From an uncultured Vicinamibacterales bacterium (GTDB taxonomy: Bacteria > Acidobacteriota > Vicinamibacteria > Vicinamibacterales > CAZQMT01), in the NCBI GenBank assembly GCA_964594555.1, contig CAZQMT010000005.1, forward strand, positions 1-34,537: a stretch of DNA of 34,537 nt. The letters run 5' to 3'. Both the position numbers and the translations under genes were made by a program. Position 1 is the stretch's first letter. Each line of letters opens with the position of its first letter. Below, in pieces: positions 18,881-28,188 of this stretch. Under the pieces are notes generated by a model, which worked only from the letters and a program-made list of their open reading frames with translations, was not told the origin of the DNA and did not search any database.

Positions 18881-20437
18881 TCAGGTCGAGGAAGAAAGCC
18901 CCACGACACTACGTACCAGATCGATGCCAACTTGGTACCTACTTAGAAAGTCGTGCCCTACAATACCTCCAACACGGAAACCAAGCAGTGTACTTGGTGC
19001 TCTTAAATTAAGCACTACCACTGGAAAGCTTGGAAAATGGATCTCCTGAAACTGGAGTTGTACACCCGGCATTAGAAACGCGTCTTTATCCCATCCTGAT
19101 GTGCCGTAGACACGAAGTGGAATATGGCGTCCCCCGGGCGGTTCCGACATTGAACGAGCAGTCGACTCACTGATAGAAATCACTTGACCACCGGTATCCA
19201 CAACAAAACTTACAGGTTCACCATTAACCATTCCTCGAACGGTAGCAAGGCGATGTAGCCGAAGCGGAAGCTCTATCTCAGTCTCTCTCTCTGGAAGTTT
19301 ACGCGCCATAGTAATCGTTAGCCGTTGATAGTCAATCACCATCGACATTCCGAGTGCTAGCGGTGAAAATCCGTCAGGCTCACGACTCGGTAGTCCTCCA
19401 AGAGACGGACTCTTAATCAGACACGGCACGTTATTCATACGAAGCGAACCAATTTCAAGTGAGTCTAATCGGCCGAGCTGTAGACCACGAAGGCCAACGT
19501 CACCGACACCTGCACTAAGTGTATAAACTACAGGAATAACACCAAGGCGCTGTGCTGAACGACGAGAGAGTACCGTTTTCTCAGCACCTGTATCGAGAAC
19601 GAGATCAACGGGTTCGTTGTCGTTAATCCTTGCTCTTACAACGACCTTATCCTTAATGAGCTTGAAAGGAACAGTATGAAGCTGCTCGGACAATTCTGGC
19701 TCCATCTCGAGCGGTACACGTTGACCGAAAGATCTAAGAAATCTGATCTCTGACCTAGCCCAAGCGGCCTTATCACTCCGATGACGATTCGGTAGTAAGT
19801 TGGCATAGTTAGCGAAAGATGCTGCAGCGTCCTCAAAACGATTTAACCGCTCAAAAACGGTACCAACGGTATGGTGTAATTCAGCTTCCTGCGGTAACTG
19901 CCTCACGGCGATCTGTGCCGCATCCAAAGCTTCGTTAAGCCTTCCTCTCGCTGCCAACGCGCGCGCCAAACCATTCTGTGCTCTAGCACTCTTACTATTT
20001 TCAAGTAACGCTTCAGAATAGGCATCTTCAGCTTCTTGGAAAAGCCCCCAAGACCACAAAGCATCCCCATGTAACGCAATCACCGAAGCCTCGTCAGGAT
20101 ATGTCTCTCTAAGAGAAATAGCTTCAGACAAGGCCAGGTCAAACCTAGCCACTCGCAATGCGGATCGCACAATACCACTAGCCGCCCGTTTTTGCTGGTT
20201 CCGGCTTTCTGTTTTTCTCGCTTTGGTATAAGTAGAAAGAGCTTTACGGAACTGACCGTCTTCATAGAGAAGATCAGCCATCTGCAATTGAGCTTCAATA
20301 AACTCTTGCGTCCGAAGCTCTAATTGAACTCTGGCGTCGGTCTGTCTCTGCCGGTGACTGAGATCAGGAAGTTGAGGAACAGCCCCAGTCAATAGAACTG
20401 AGGTAAAAACCACTACGACTGACGTTGTCCAAATCAT
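18881..20437 (-). CDS. Secreted TPR protein with two retropepsin-like aspartyl protease domains
   Basis: TPR-like repeats, then VLDTGA and VVDTGG catalytic motifs and GIVGHDFL. Start is probably ATG 20437 or GTG 20476, which give a signal-peptide-like N-terminus, rather than 20587. Confidence 0.85.
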   Translation of the reverse strand: MIWTTSVVVVFTSVLLTGAVPQLPDLSHRQRQTDARVQLELRTQEFIEAQLQMADLLYEDGQFRKALSTYTKARKTESRNQQKRAASGIVRSALRVARFDLALSEAISLRETYPDEASVIALHGDALWSWGLFQEAEDAYSEALLENSKSARAQNGLARALAARGRLNEALDAAQIAVRQLPQEAELHHTVGTVFERLNRFEDAAASFANYANLLPNRHRSDKAAWARSEIRFLRSFGQRVPLEMEPELSEQLHTVPFKLIKDKVVVRARINDNEPVDLVLDTGAEKTVLSRRSAQRLGVIPVVYTLSAGVGDVGLRGLQLGRLDSLEIGSLRMNNVPCLIKSPSLGGLPSREPDGFSPLALGMSMVIDYQRLTITMARKLPERETEIELPLRLHRLATVRGMVNGEPVSFVVDTGGQVISISESTARSMSEPPGGRHIPLRVYGTSGWDKDAFLMPGVQLQFQEIHFPSFPVVVLNLRAPSTLLGFRVGGIVGHDFLSRYQVGIDLVRSVVGLSSST

Positions 20438-20482
20438 CCTTTCCCAGCGAACGAAAGTTACAACCCATTTCCTCACACGATC

Positions 20483-20641
20483 AAGATTAGTCCCCAGGTA
20501 AATACCAAGCCTCTTGGGAAAGGGTCGCTCGCACTCATTTTGGTCTAGAGACACAGCGCCATTATAGTCAGACCAGACATGCACCACCAGAAATTACGTA
20601 TAAATTCATCGAACCGAGAATATCCTTCCTGGACTAATCTT
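20483..20641. repeat. Long-range perfect 11-bp inverted repeat enclosing further stems (candidate structured RNA or paired operators)
   Basis: AAGATTAGTCC (20483-20493) / GGACTAATCTT (20631-20641), extended by AGG/CCT after a 2-nt bulge; inner TGGTCT/AGACCA. Confidence 0.6.
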
Positions 20642-20781
20642 AGCGATAAACTCACATTAATCGACCGTACTGATTGCACTGCAAGGAACGGAATCAGTAA
20701 CATATGAGTGGGTTGCCAAGGAATTTGAGGGCGCACGAAGACTGGAAACTATTCAATCTAGCGATTCGCACAACTACAACA

Positions 20782-21684
20782 ATGTCATTAGAGACTTCCG
20801 CATACCAACATGGGCCAAAACCAAAATGGCTAAAAGTTCGCGCTCCAGGCTCACCAAGCTACATGCGTCTCAAAAATTTAATGCGAAACACAGGTCTCAA
20901 CACCGTGTGCGAAGAGGCTCACTGTCCGAACATTGGAGAGTGTTGGCACCACGGCACAGCCACTTTCATGATCCTCGGTGACATTTGTACACGCGCATGC
21001 GGTTATTGTGCCGTTAACCACGGACGACCATCTACGCTCGATTCTACAGAACCAGACCGTGTGGCAGAAGCAGTTCGAGCCATGGAACTAAATCATGTCG
21101 TAATTACATCGGTAGACCGTGACGACGTTGAAGACGGTGGTGCTTCGATTTTTTCTGAAACCGTTCAAAAGATTCGCTGTGCAAGCCCAACCTGCCGCAT
21201 TGAAGTCCTGATACCAGATTTCCGAGGCAAAGAAGGGCCACTACATACCGTCTTAGATTCTGGACCAGATATTCTCAACCACAACACTGAAACAGTTCCA
21301 CGTCTCTACAAAAAAGCAAGATCTGGTGGACGTTATCCCCGTACACTTGAATTATTAAGCCGCGCGTATCGCTACACACCGCTGATCACAACTAAATCAG
21401 GCTTGATGGTCGGATTAGGCGAAACATGGAATGAACTCGTCGATACGATGAAGGATCTTCGTAGAGTTGAATGTGGAATTCTGACCATCGGCCAATACTT
21501 ACGTCCATCACAAGCACATCTACCGATGACTCGTTACTATCATCCAGACGAGTTCGAAGAACTTAAACAAATAGCCCTAGGGTTAGGCTTCGGTCATGTT
21601 GAATCTGGCCCACTTGTAAGAAGTTCATACCACGCCCACGAACAGGCCGACGCCTACAACCAGCAGACAGAACATCCACTCTAA
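20782..21684 (+). CDS. lipA: Lipoyl synthase
   Basis: KPKWLK, CEEAHCPNIGEC (Cx4Cx5C), CTRACGYC (radical SAM), HNTETV, RSSY. ATG 20782 preferred over 20704 on typical LipA length. Confidence 0.97.
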   Translation: MSLETSAYQHGPKPKWLKVRAPGSPSYMRLKNLMRNTGLNTVCEEAHCPNIGECWHHGTATFMILGDICTRACGYCAVNHGRPSTLDSTEPDRVAEAVRAMELNHVVITSVDRDDVEDGGASIFSETVQKIRCASPTCRIEVLIPDFRGKEGPLHTVLDSGPDILNHNTETVPRLYKKARSGGRYPRTLELLSRAYRYTPLITTKSGLMVGLGETWNELVDTMKDLRRVECGILTIGQYLRPSQAHLPMTRYYHPDEFEELKQIALGLGFGHVESGPLVRSSYHAHEQADAYNQQTEHPL

Positions 21685-21810
21685 GGTAGCACCTACTACA
21701 GATTCTTGAGGCTTTCACTAGGGGTAAGTCACCAAGTAGTCTTTGTAGCAACTTTTTCTATCGTGTATCACCAGAGTTCTGTACTGATGACCGACCGTAT
21801 CGAGAAACCT

Positions 21811-22629
21811 TCAACGACTCATCGTCTGATTACGTATCCAAGATTGAACCGTTCGCACCGCAAGATCAGGGCGATCTGTGATGATCGCAGCAGCCCCCCA
21901 ATCAAGCAGTCGTACCATGTCCTCAACAACGTCTACCGTGAAAATCTGTACGGGAATACCAAGCTGATGCGCATAACGAATAAAACGGGGAGAAATAACT
22001 TTCGTCCAACCTGACCTTTCGGGCACCTGAAACACCCGATAACAGGTATTACGTACAGGTAGCCGTATCCATGACCGGTACAACCAAAAGCGCACCTCAT
22101 TCTTACCGGCACTGGTTGCTAACTCTGGCTCATACGCCCTAACAGTATGAAGCCCACCCATTCGTTCTGCCCCAATACAAACACGATCAAGCGCATTTGC
22201 CGCTTTAATTTCTTCGACTACGGCACATGCTAACTTTTCACACGGCAACTTTAACTCAACGATTAAAGCTGTATCCGGATATCGAATTAACACATCTCGG
22301 AACCTCGGAACTCCGATTCCACGATCACGAAATGGGTGATCTCCATTAACCAGAAATTGATGCCCAGCATCCATTCGGCTGAGCTCGTCGGCCGTGAACA
22401 TCTCGACATTTCCAGAGACACCCATAGTCCGTCTCAAAGTAGCATCATGGTGTACCACTACAATCCCGTCACTTGAAAGACGCACATCCAACTCGAATCC
22501 ATCCACCCCTAGCTCAATGGCTTGATCAAATGATGCCAGTGTATTCTCAGGTGCGAGTGCTGCCCCACCACGATGTGCGAACACAAGCGGCTGTACCGAA
22601 TCGACACCTGGATGACGTAAGCGAAACAT
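21811..22629 (-). CDS. Glycerophosphodiester phosphodiesterase (GDPD family)
   Basis: FAHRGG, APENTLASF, ELDVRLSSDG, HHD, ELK, IITDRP. Confidence 0.93.
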   Translation of the reverse strand: MFRLRHPGVDSVQPLVFAHRGGAALAPENTLASFDQAIELGVDGFELDVRLSSDGIVVVHHDATLRRTMGVSGNVEMFTADELSRMDAGHQFLVNGDHPFRDRGIGVPRFRDVLIRYPDTALIVELKLPCEKLACAVVEEIKAANALDRVCIGAERMGGLHTVRAYEPELATSAGKNEVRFWLYRSWIRLPVRNTCYRVFQVPERSGWTKVISPRFIRYAHQLGIPVQIFTVDVVEDMVRLLDWGAAAIITDRPDLAVRTVQSWIRNQTMSR

Positions 22630-22772
22630 GTGAACTACATGTTAAGATGGTTTTGTCTTTTGGTCCACGCCACTCGGCATTCAGAAGACATTCGGACGTG
22701 TGAAGTACTTTAAATCAACCGATGGGTAAAGTGAGCTTTGTTAGCGTTAATTACTAAACATCTTTTAGATCT

Positions 22773-23411
22773 ATGCCGTCATCAACTATTCCTATCTTCC
22801 CTTTGCACAACGTAGTCCTTTTCCCCGGAATTTTCTTACCCCTGTACATTTTTGAACCTCGTTACCGCGAAATGGTAGCTCATGCCCTAGAAGGCAACCA
22901 GCTAATCGGAATTGTTCTACTTCAGTCAGGTAAAAAAGTCACAAGAGATGTGCATCAACCGATTTATCCGATCGGCTGTGTCGGCCGAATCACCCATACC
23001 GACCGCCTGGCCGATGGCTGCTATAACATTATCTTGCATGGACTTGAAAAGTTTCGGATTATCTCGGAAGAACCGACCACACATTCCTACAGAATCGCTC
23101 GTACAGAACCACTGTCCGAACAAGACGACAGAAACAACAACCCAGTACTAATTCGATCCGCACGGAAACGATTAGAAAATATTCTTTTCCAAGCTCCAGA
23201 AGGCTTGAGTAACGAAATCAAGATTTCCCCATCGATGGCAGATACAGACCTCGTCAATAGTTTGTCTCAATATCTCGAATTAGAACCCTTAGAAAGACAG
23301 GCACTACTCGAACGTGAAGGATTACTAGATCGATGCCTGACACTCATCGAAATACTAGAAATGAAAACCTTAGTAGATAAGTGGGGCTGGCAAACGGATG
23401 TCCTCCATTAG
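22773..23411 (+). CDS. Stand-alone Lon peptidase N-terminal (substrate-binding) domain protein
   Basis: IPIFPLHNVVLFPGIFLPLYIFEPRYREMV, DGCYNIILHG, ERQALLE. No AAA+ or protease domain. Confidence 0.9.
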   Translation: MPSSTIPIFPLHNVVLFPGIFLPLYIFEPRYREMVAHALEGNQLIGIVLLQSGKKVTRDVHQPIYPIGCVGRITHTDRLADGCYNIILHGLEKFRIISEEPTTHSYRIARTEPLSEQDDRNNNPVLIRSARKRLENILFQAPEGLSNEIKISPSMADTDLVNSLSQYLELEPLERQALLEREGLLDRCLTLIEILEMKTLVDKWGWQTDVLH

Positions 23412-24412
23412 ACCGTACTAGGCACTTCATCCTTGTTTAATCGCTCGACAATTCCTGCTACAACTGACTCTCCATGGAATCTGCCATTTTCGATAAACAC
23501 CTTCCCACCATGTACACCAGCCACAATCTGTCCAGCTAGAAAAAGATTCGGCACATTAGTCTCAAAAGTCTTTTCATCATACTCGGGAATGCATGTCTCA
23601 CTGTCGAACCGTATACCACATCGTGTCAAAAGATCTGTATCTGGACGATATCCGGTAAGCAGAAAAACAGCATCAGCCGGAATTTCTTCTTGTACACCCG
23701 CACATTCAATAACTACACTCGTAGCACGGATCTCAATAACTCGCGTCTTGAATCGGCCGTCAATACTTTCCTCTTTGATCCTGTTTTCTATGTCTGGAAG
23801 CACCCAATATTTAATTCCCTCGCTAAGACATGCCTGTCTATGTACAAGTGTGACGCGCGCACCATTGCGATAAAGGTCAAGAGCCGTTTCCGCCGCCGAG
23901 TTCTTTCCACCCACAACGACCACTCTCTTCCGATAGTAAGAATGTGCCTCTCGATAATAGTGCGATACATGCGAAAGGTTCTCCCCAGGAATATTAAGTA
24001 AGTTTGGCTGCTCATATGACCCTGTCGCTAGAATTACCGTCTTCGTTTGAATCACACGACTCTGATCTCCATCTGATAGCGTCTCCACACTGAGACCATG
24101 TTCACCTTGACTTACAGCCATAACAGATTCACCAAAAGAAACACTCAAATCAAGAGCATCCACAACACGTCGATAATAACGTAAGGCCTCTAGACGTGTT
24201 GGTTTTTCATAAGGTGTTATGAAAGGGAATCCACCGATTTCCAGTAGCTCTGGTGTTGTAAAGAAAACCATATTCGTCGGAAAACGAAATATCGCATTAA
24301 CTAAAACACCTCGCTCGAGTACTAAGTAGTCAAGCCCTGACTTTTGCGCAGCTATGGCTGCTGCTAAACCGGCTGGTCCGGCACCAATAACAACAAGATC
24401 TTTCTGAGTCAT
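23408..24412 (-). CDS. ypdA: YpdA/Bdr-family bacillithiol disulfide reductase-like FAD/NADPH oxidoreductase
   Basis: GAGPAG, FPTNMVFFTTPELLEIGG, KPTRLEALRYY, GGKNSA, IKYWV, FIENGRFHG. Lacks the TrxR CxxC. Confidence 0.9.
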   Translation of the reverse strand: MTQKDLVVIGAGPAGLAAAIAAQKSGLDYLVLERGVLVNAIFRFPTNMVFFTTPELLEIGGFPFITPYEKPTRLEALRYYRRVVDALDLSVSFGESVMAVSQGEHGLSVETLSDGDQSRVIQTKTVILATGSYEQPNLLNIPGENLSHVSHYYREAHSYYRKRVVVVGGKNSAAETALDLYRNGARVTLVHRQACLSEGIKYWVLPDIENRIKEESIDGRFKTRVIEIRATSVVIECAGVQEEIPADAVFLLTGYRPDTDLLTRCGIRFDSETCIPEYDEKTFETNVPNLFLAGQIVAGVHGGKVFIENGRFHGESVVAGIVERLNKDEVPSTV

Positions 24413-24565
24413 AATTTAACTATTTTCTTGAAACATAACGTAAAGGATTCTAACTTCACACACGTGCCACTCTGTTCGAATCTAACCATAATCGATGTGC
24501 CCAACCTTATATACATGTCATCACATCAGAAAATATCTCTCGCATTACCTACGAATCAAAAATCA

Positions 24566-25258
24566 CTAACGTCTCAAACGATAATCGACACTGACGCTAC
24601 TGATCGTTGCTATAGGACGTCCAGGCGAAGTGAAATGCTCTTGACGATCGACACGCATAACCTCAAGTTCTTCTCCAAGTATGCTGACCTCGTTTATACC
24701 AGAAGGAATTTCAACACTGATCCTTTCAGAACCCGTCGGTGCCACTGCTTTTAAACCACCTGGGCCTGCACCTCCCGTAATACGATCAACCAAGTCATCC
24801 GCTGTCCGAAACTCACTCTGGATCACGGCACGCGACAACAATTCGTTCTCGAGTGTCAATACCCCAATAGTAGCTGTGTAACGTGAAAAAGCACGTTTGG
24901 CTAGAATCTCCTGCTCAGAGTAAGTCTGTCTATTGTGTAGATCGAACGAAAGAAGTGCACTCCCACGATGCGGAGGGATCCTGATGATAATTCCTTCAAG
25001 GGGATCCCGCCCAGTGAGAACATCACAAAATTTTTTCTCTGTGGAAACCCCTTGACCAAGTGGCGCTGGACACTCAATCTCCCAAGGATTAGGTATAGTC
25101 TGTGCCGATAAAATAGGATCACCGACACTGACCAATAGCACAGCACCCAGCGTGAATGGCATAAGCGCCAAACACCCATACGGCACACGACAGTTCCAGA
25201 AAAACACGAATCCGATTAGGCGCCTAAATGAGTTCAACGGGCTTCGTCCGAGACACAA
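24566..25258 (-). CDS. Hypothetical exported protein
   Basis: Signal-like segment ending ILSA-Q, then a beta-rich domain with a Cys pair (IECPAPLG...FCDVLTG). Start uncertain; the track start overlaps the folE end by 25 bp. Confidence 0.65.
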   Translation of the reverse strand: MCLGRSPLNSFRRLIGFVFFWNCRVPYGCLALMPFTLGAVLLVSVGDPILSAQTIPNPWEIECPAPLGQGVSTEKKFCDVLTGRDPLEGIIIRIPPHRGSALLSFDLHNRQTYSEQEILAKRAFSRYTATIGVLTLENELLSRAVIQSEFRTADDLVDRITGGAGPGGLKAVAPTGSERISVEIPSGINEVSILGEELEVMRVDRQEHFTSPGRPIATISSVSVDYRLRR

Positions 25259-25845
25259 GAGACACGACCAGCATCAACTGCAGGCATTCCCTTGGAATAT
25301 GAGGGGTTCTTAATCAACTCGAGGAACTCCATTCTTGTCCTAGTCTGCTCACGAAACACACCAAGCATCGCACTTGTCACAGCAAAAGAATTCTGTTTTT
25401 CTACACCACGCATCGACATACACAAATGCGTCGCCTCCATGACAACAGCTACGCCGAGCGGCTCAATTTTTTCACGAATCGTCTCAGCAATCTGGTTCGT
25501 TAACCGCTCTTGAATTTGTAACCGTCGACTAAACACCTCTACTAGTCGAGGAAGCTTACTGAGACCAACAACTCTGGTTCGAGGTAAATAGGCGATGTGG
25601 CACTTACCAAAAAAAGGGAGAAGATGATGCTCACAAAGACTAAAAAAGTCAATATCCTTAACGATAACCATCTCACTGTAATCAACAGAAAAAAGTGCAT
25701 TATTTAAAACAGTGTCAACGTCAGTTTGGTACCCCGATGTGAGAAATCTGAGCGAACGTTCGACTCGCTCTGGAGTATTTCGAAGACCTTCGCGTTCGGG
25801 GTTCTCACCCATCTCGCTCAAAAGCTTTCTAATCGAACCTTGCAT
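25234..25845 (-). CDS. folE: GTP cyclohydrolase I
   Basis: [45 protein letters not shown]. Start is ATG 25845 or GTG 25848. Confidence 0.97.
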   Translation of the reverse strand: MQGSIRKLLSEMGENPEREGLRNTPERVERSLRFLTSGYQTDVDTVLNNALFSVDYSEMVIVKDIDFFSLCEHHLLPFFGKCHIAYLPRTRVVGLSKLPRLVEVFSRRLQIQERLTNQIAETIREKIEPLGVAVVMEATHLCMSMRGVEKQNSFAVTSAMLGVFREQTRTRMEFLELIKNPSYSKGMPAVDAGRVSCVSDEAR

Positions 25846-25851
25846 CACAAT

Positions 25852-25857
25852 ATTCTA
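25852..25857 (-). promoter_or_regulatory. -10 element for a probable leaderless folE transcript
   Basis: TAGAAT-N6-ATG on the minus strand, no SD. Confidence 0.45.
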
Positions 25858-26021
25858 TCCGATCGCCTTTAGAACGCTCACTTATGGCACTTAACAAAAG
25901 CGTTTTCAGGGGATCCACTCAAAACGATGTGCGCTGGATTCATCTCCTGTCACCGTACCCACTGAGACTCGCCTAAAAACCAGCAGCTTCCGTTCAATAG
26001 CACAATAATCGCTAAAAGCTT

Positions 26022-26600
26022 CTAGAGATTACCTTTAAGACCGAGTACGTCTGCTCGCTCACGCATGAAGGTTATAACGTTTGCGATGTGCTCAGCGAGC
26101 GGCAGAGAGAGCTCCTCTGCGCCTTGTCGTAGATCATCTCGACTCACGGCCCGCGCAAAGGCTTTATCTTTCATTCGTTTCATTACAGACCGAGCCTCGA
26201 GATCCAATATGCTTTTCGATGGCCGAACCAACGAAGCCGCTGTCACAAAACCCGCCATCTCATCACACGCAAAAAGTGTGTGCTCAAGCTTCGATTCTCG
26301 AGTTACACCGGCGTAACAAGCATGCGAAAGAATCGCGCGTATAACAAACTCTGGATACTCTTGTTGCCGAAGGATCTCAGCTCCCCGGAACGGATGATCG
26401 GCAGGATCAGGCCAGCGTTCATAGTCAAAGTCGTGGAGCAGTGCGACAACACCCCAAACCTCTTCATCCTCAGAGAATTTTTTTGCGTAACCCCTCATTG
26501 CTGCCTCAACTGCTAAGGCATGCTTCCGCAGACTCTCAGAAGTCGTGTACTCAGTTAGAAGAGCCCAAGCTTCGTCACGTGACAATTGCTTCACAGTCAA
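26022..26600 (-). CDS. HD/HDIG-domain metal-dependent phosphohydrolase
   Basis: LRKHALAV, LLHDFDYE, AILSH, LFACDE, KDKAFAR. GTGA overlap with the upstream symporter. Confidence 0.9.
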   Translation of the reverse strand: MTVKQLSRDEAWALLTEYTTSESLRKHALAVEAAMRGYAKKFSEDEEVWGVVALLHDFDYERWPDPADHPFRGAEILRQQEYPEFVIRAILSHACYAGVTRESKLEHTLFACDEMAGFVTAASLVRPSKSILDLEARSVMKRMKDKAFARAVSRDDLRQGAEELSLPLAEHIANVITFMRERADVLGLKGNL

Positions 26601-27892
26601 CTTTTTACGAGTCCAGATGACACGTCTACATCGACATTCGCCGTATCACCTTGAAACCGTTCAACAACAGCCGTACATACCAGATCTCCAGTTACATTAA
26701 CTGTGGTACGGCACATATCTAGAATACGATCAACGCCGAGCACGATCGCAATGCCTTCAACAGGAACCCCAACCATACTAAGGACCATCATCAATATTGG
26801 AATCGAACCACCGGGTATACCAGCAACGCCAATAGATGTTATAACTGACATCAGCACAACAACCGCCTGTGCTCCAAGTGAAAGATCTGCTCCAAAAACC
26901 TGCGCAATGAAGAGCACGGTTATACCTTCAAATAACGCCGTGCCGTCCATATTCAAGGTCGCACCAAGTGGAAGGACGAACCCAGCCACACCCCGTGAAA
27001 TTCCAAGATTTTCCTGTGCGACCCGTAAACTAGTCGGCAAAGTCGCACTACTCGATGAGGTCGAAAAGGCAGTGAGCACCGCAACGCGTGCTTTAAGTAG
27101 AAACTCGAGTGGATTACGTCGAGCCACGAACTTTAGGATCAACGGGTACACTACAATAACGAAAAGTCCAAGTGTACCAACGACCGTCCCTACGTACTTC
27201 ATAAGATTAAACAAAATCTCAAAGCCAAACCGCGCTGTCACGCTAAAAATGAGACAGAAGACCCCTAGGGGCGCAACTACCATCACGAGACCAATAATCG
27301 CGACCGTTACATGTCCAAGGCTCTCAAGAAACCTGAGCATAGGCGCACCCTTCTCCGCAGGCAGCATTGTGAGTGCTACGCCGAGCATCAGTGCAAAAAA
27401 GATAATCGCCAACATCTCACCATCAGCAGCCGCCTGAATTGGGTTTCGAGGAATAATCCGGATCAACAAATCCATGCTTAAAGCACCCTCGGCTAATCCC
27501 ATCGCTCCTTCGGTTTGTCCCTGATAAGTCTCGATTAGGCGTTCTGTTAGTTCTGGTTCTAGCCCATCTCCAGGTTTGACTAAATTGACTGCCGCCAAAC
27601 CAAGAACGGTGGAGATAAGCGTTAACGACATAAAACTCATCATGGTGACGACACCGATTCGACCCAGGCGACGAAGACTACCAAGACCTGCCACCCCAAC
27701 CGCCAATGTAGAAATAATGAGAGGGACCACCACCATGATCAGCGCATTGAGCCACATGCGTCCGATTGGTTCAGTCACAAGTGAGACAAAACGCCCAGTG
27801 CTTTCGTCGCCATTGCCAACGAAAAAATTCACAGCAACACCCGAAATAGCACCCGCAATCAAGCCGAGAAGAATTTTTGTATGAAGAGGCAT
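26597..27892 (-). CDS. Dicarboxylate/amino acid:cation symporter (DAACS, GltP/GltPh-like)
   Basis: FSTSSSSATLP, PLGATLNMDGTA, GVDRILDMCRTTVNVTGD. ATG 27892 lies directly after a promoter. Confidence 0.95.
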   Translation of the reverse strand: MPLHTKILLGLIAGAISGVAVNFFVGNGDESTGRFVSLVTEPIGRMWLNALIMVVVPLIISTLAVGVAGLGSLRRLGRIGVVTMMSFMSLTLISTVLGLAAVNLVKPGDGLEPELTERLIETYQGQTEGAMGLAEGALSMDLLIRIIPRNPIQAAADGEMLAIIFFALMLGVALTMLPAEKGAPMLRFLESLGHVTVAIIGLVMVVAPLGVFCLIFSVTARFGFEILFNLMKYVGTVVGTLGLFVIVVYPLILKFVARRNPLEFLLKARVAVLTAFSTSSSSATLPTSLRVAQENLGISRGVAGFVLPLGATLNMDGTALFEGITVLFIAQVFGADLSLGAQAVVVLMSVITSIGVAGIPGGSIPILMMVLSMVGVPVEGIAIVLGVDRILDMCRTTVNVTGDLVCTAVVERFQGDTANVDVDVSSGLVKS

Positions 27893-27900
27893 AACTGGTG

Positions 27901-27930
27901 ACGGTAGCACCGAGGTTTTAAGATTGTCAA
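27901..27930 (-). promoter_or_regulatory. Sigma70 promoter for the DAACS-HD operon (near-leaderless)
   Basis: TTGACA (27930-27925), N18 ending in TGc, TACCGT (27906-27901), N8, ATG. Confidence 0.6.
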
Positions 27931-28110
27931 CGCACTACTGGACGAACCCACCTTTGAGTAGATACGGTCCAATGCTCATACAATACCAAATCCGCTCCGT
28001 TCCTACAGAGCCGATGTTATCTTGATGTGATGATTTTCCTATCACTGACTCATGTTCCACCAACCTTTCTTTGAGTCTATTTGCGGGATCCAGGTACATT
28101 CTGCTCCGCA

Positions 28111-28123
28111 CAAGTCATTGAAA
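28111..28123. promoter_or_regulatory. IHF-like site between the divergent transporter promoters
   Basis: Minus strand TTTCAAtgacTTG, one mismatch to the WATCAAnnnnTTR consensus. Confidence 0.25.
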
Positions 28124-28155
28124 ACTATGAACATTTCTACTAGTAGTGAGATTAA

Positions 28156-28184
28156 TTGAGATATCGTAATCCGACGCCTAAAGT
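28156..28184 (+). promoter_or_regulatory. Sigma70 promoter for the APC permease
   Basis: TTGAGA (28156-28161), N17, TAAAGT (28179-28184); ATG follows 4 nt later. Confidence 0.5.
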
Positions 28185-28188
28185 ACAC

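Noticed and set aside
20477-20781. N-terminal extensions of the protease (from 20587) and LipA (from 20704)
   Set aside because: They would bury the signal peptide or exceed typical LipA length; later starts fit better.
25858-26021. Possible THF-II (folE motif) riboswitch or leader peptide upstream of folE
   Set aside because: Only weak hairpins and no match to the motif as I recall it. AGGAG abuts the small ORF's ATG with no spacer, and a -10 next to folE suggests a leaderless mRNA.
26703-27437. 244-aa + strand ORF
   Set aside because: Antisense shadow of the DAACS symporter; Thr/Pro/Ser/Ile-rich, as expected opposite a hydrophobic gene, with no motifs.
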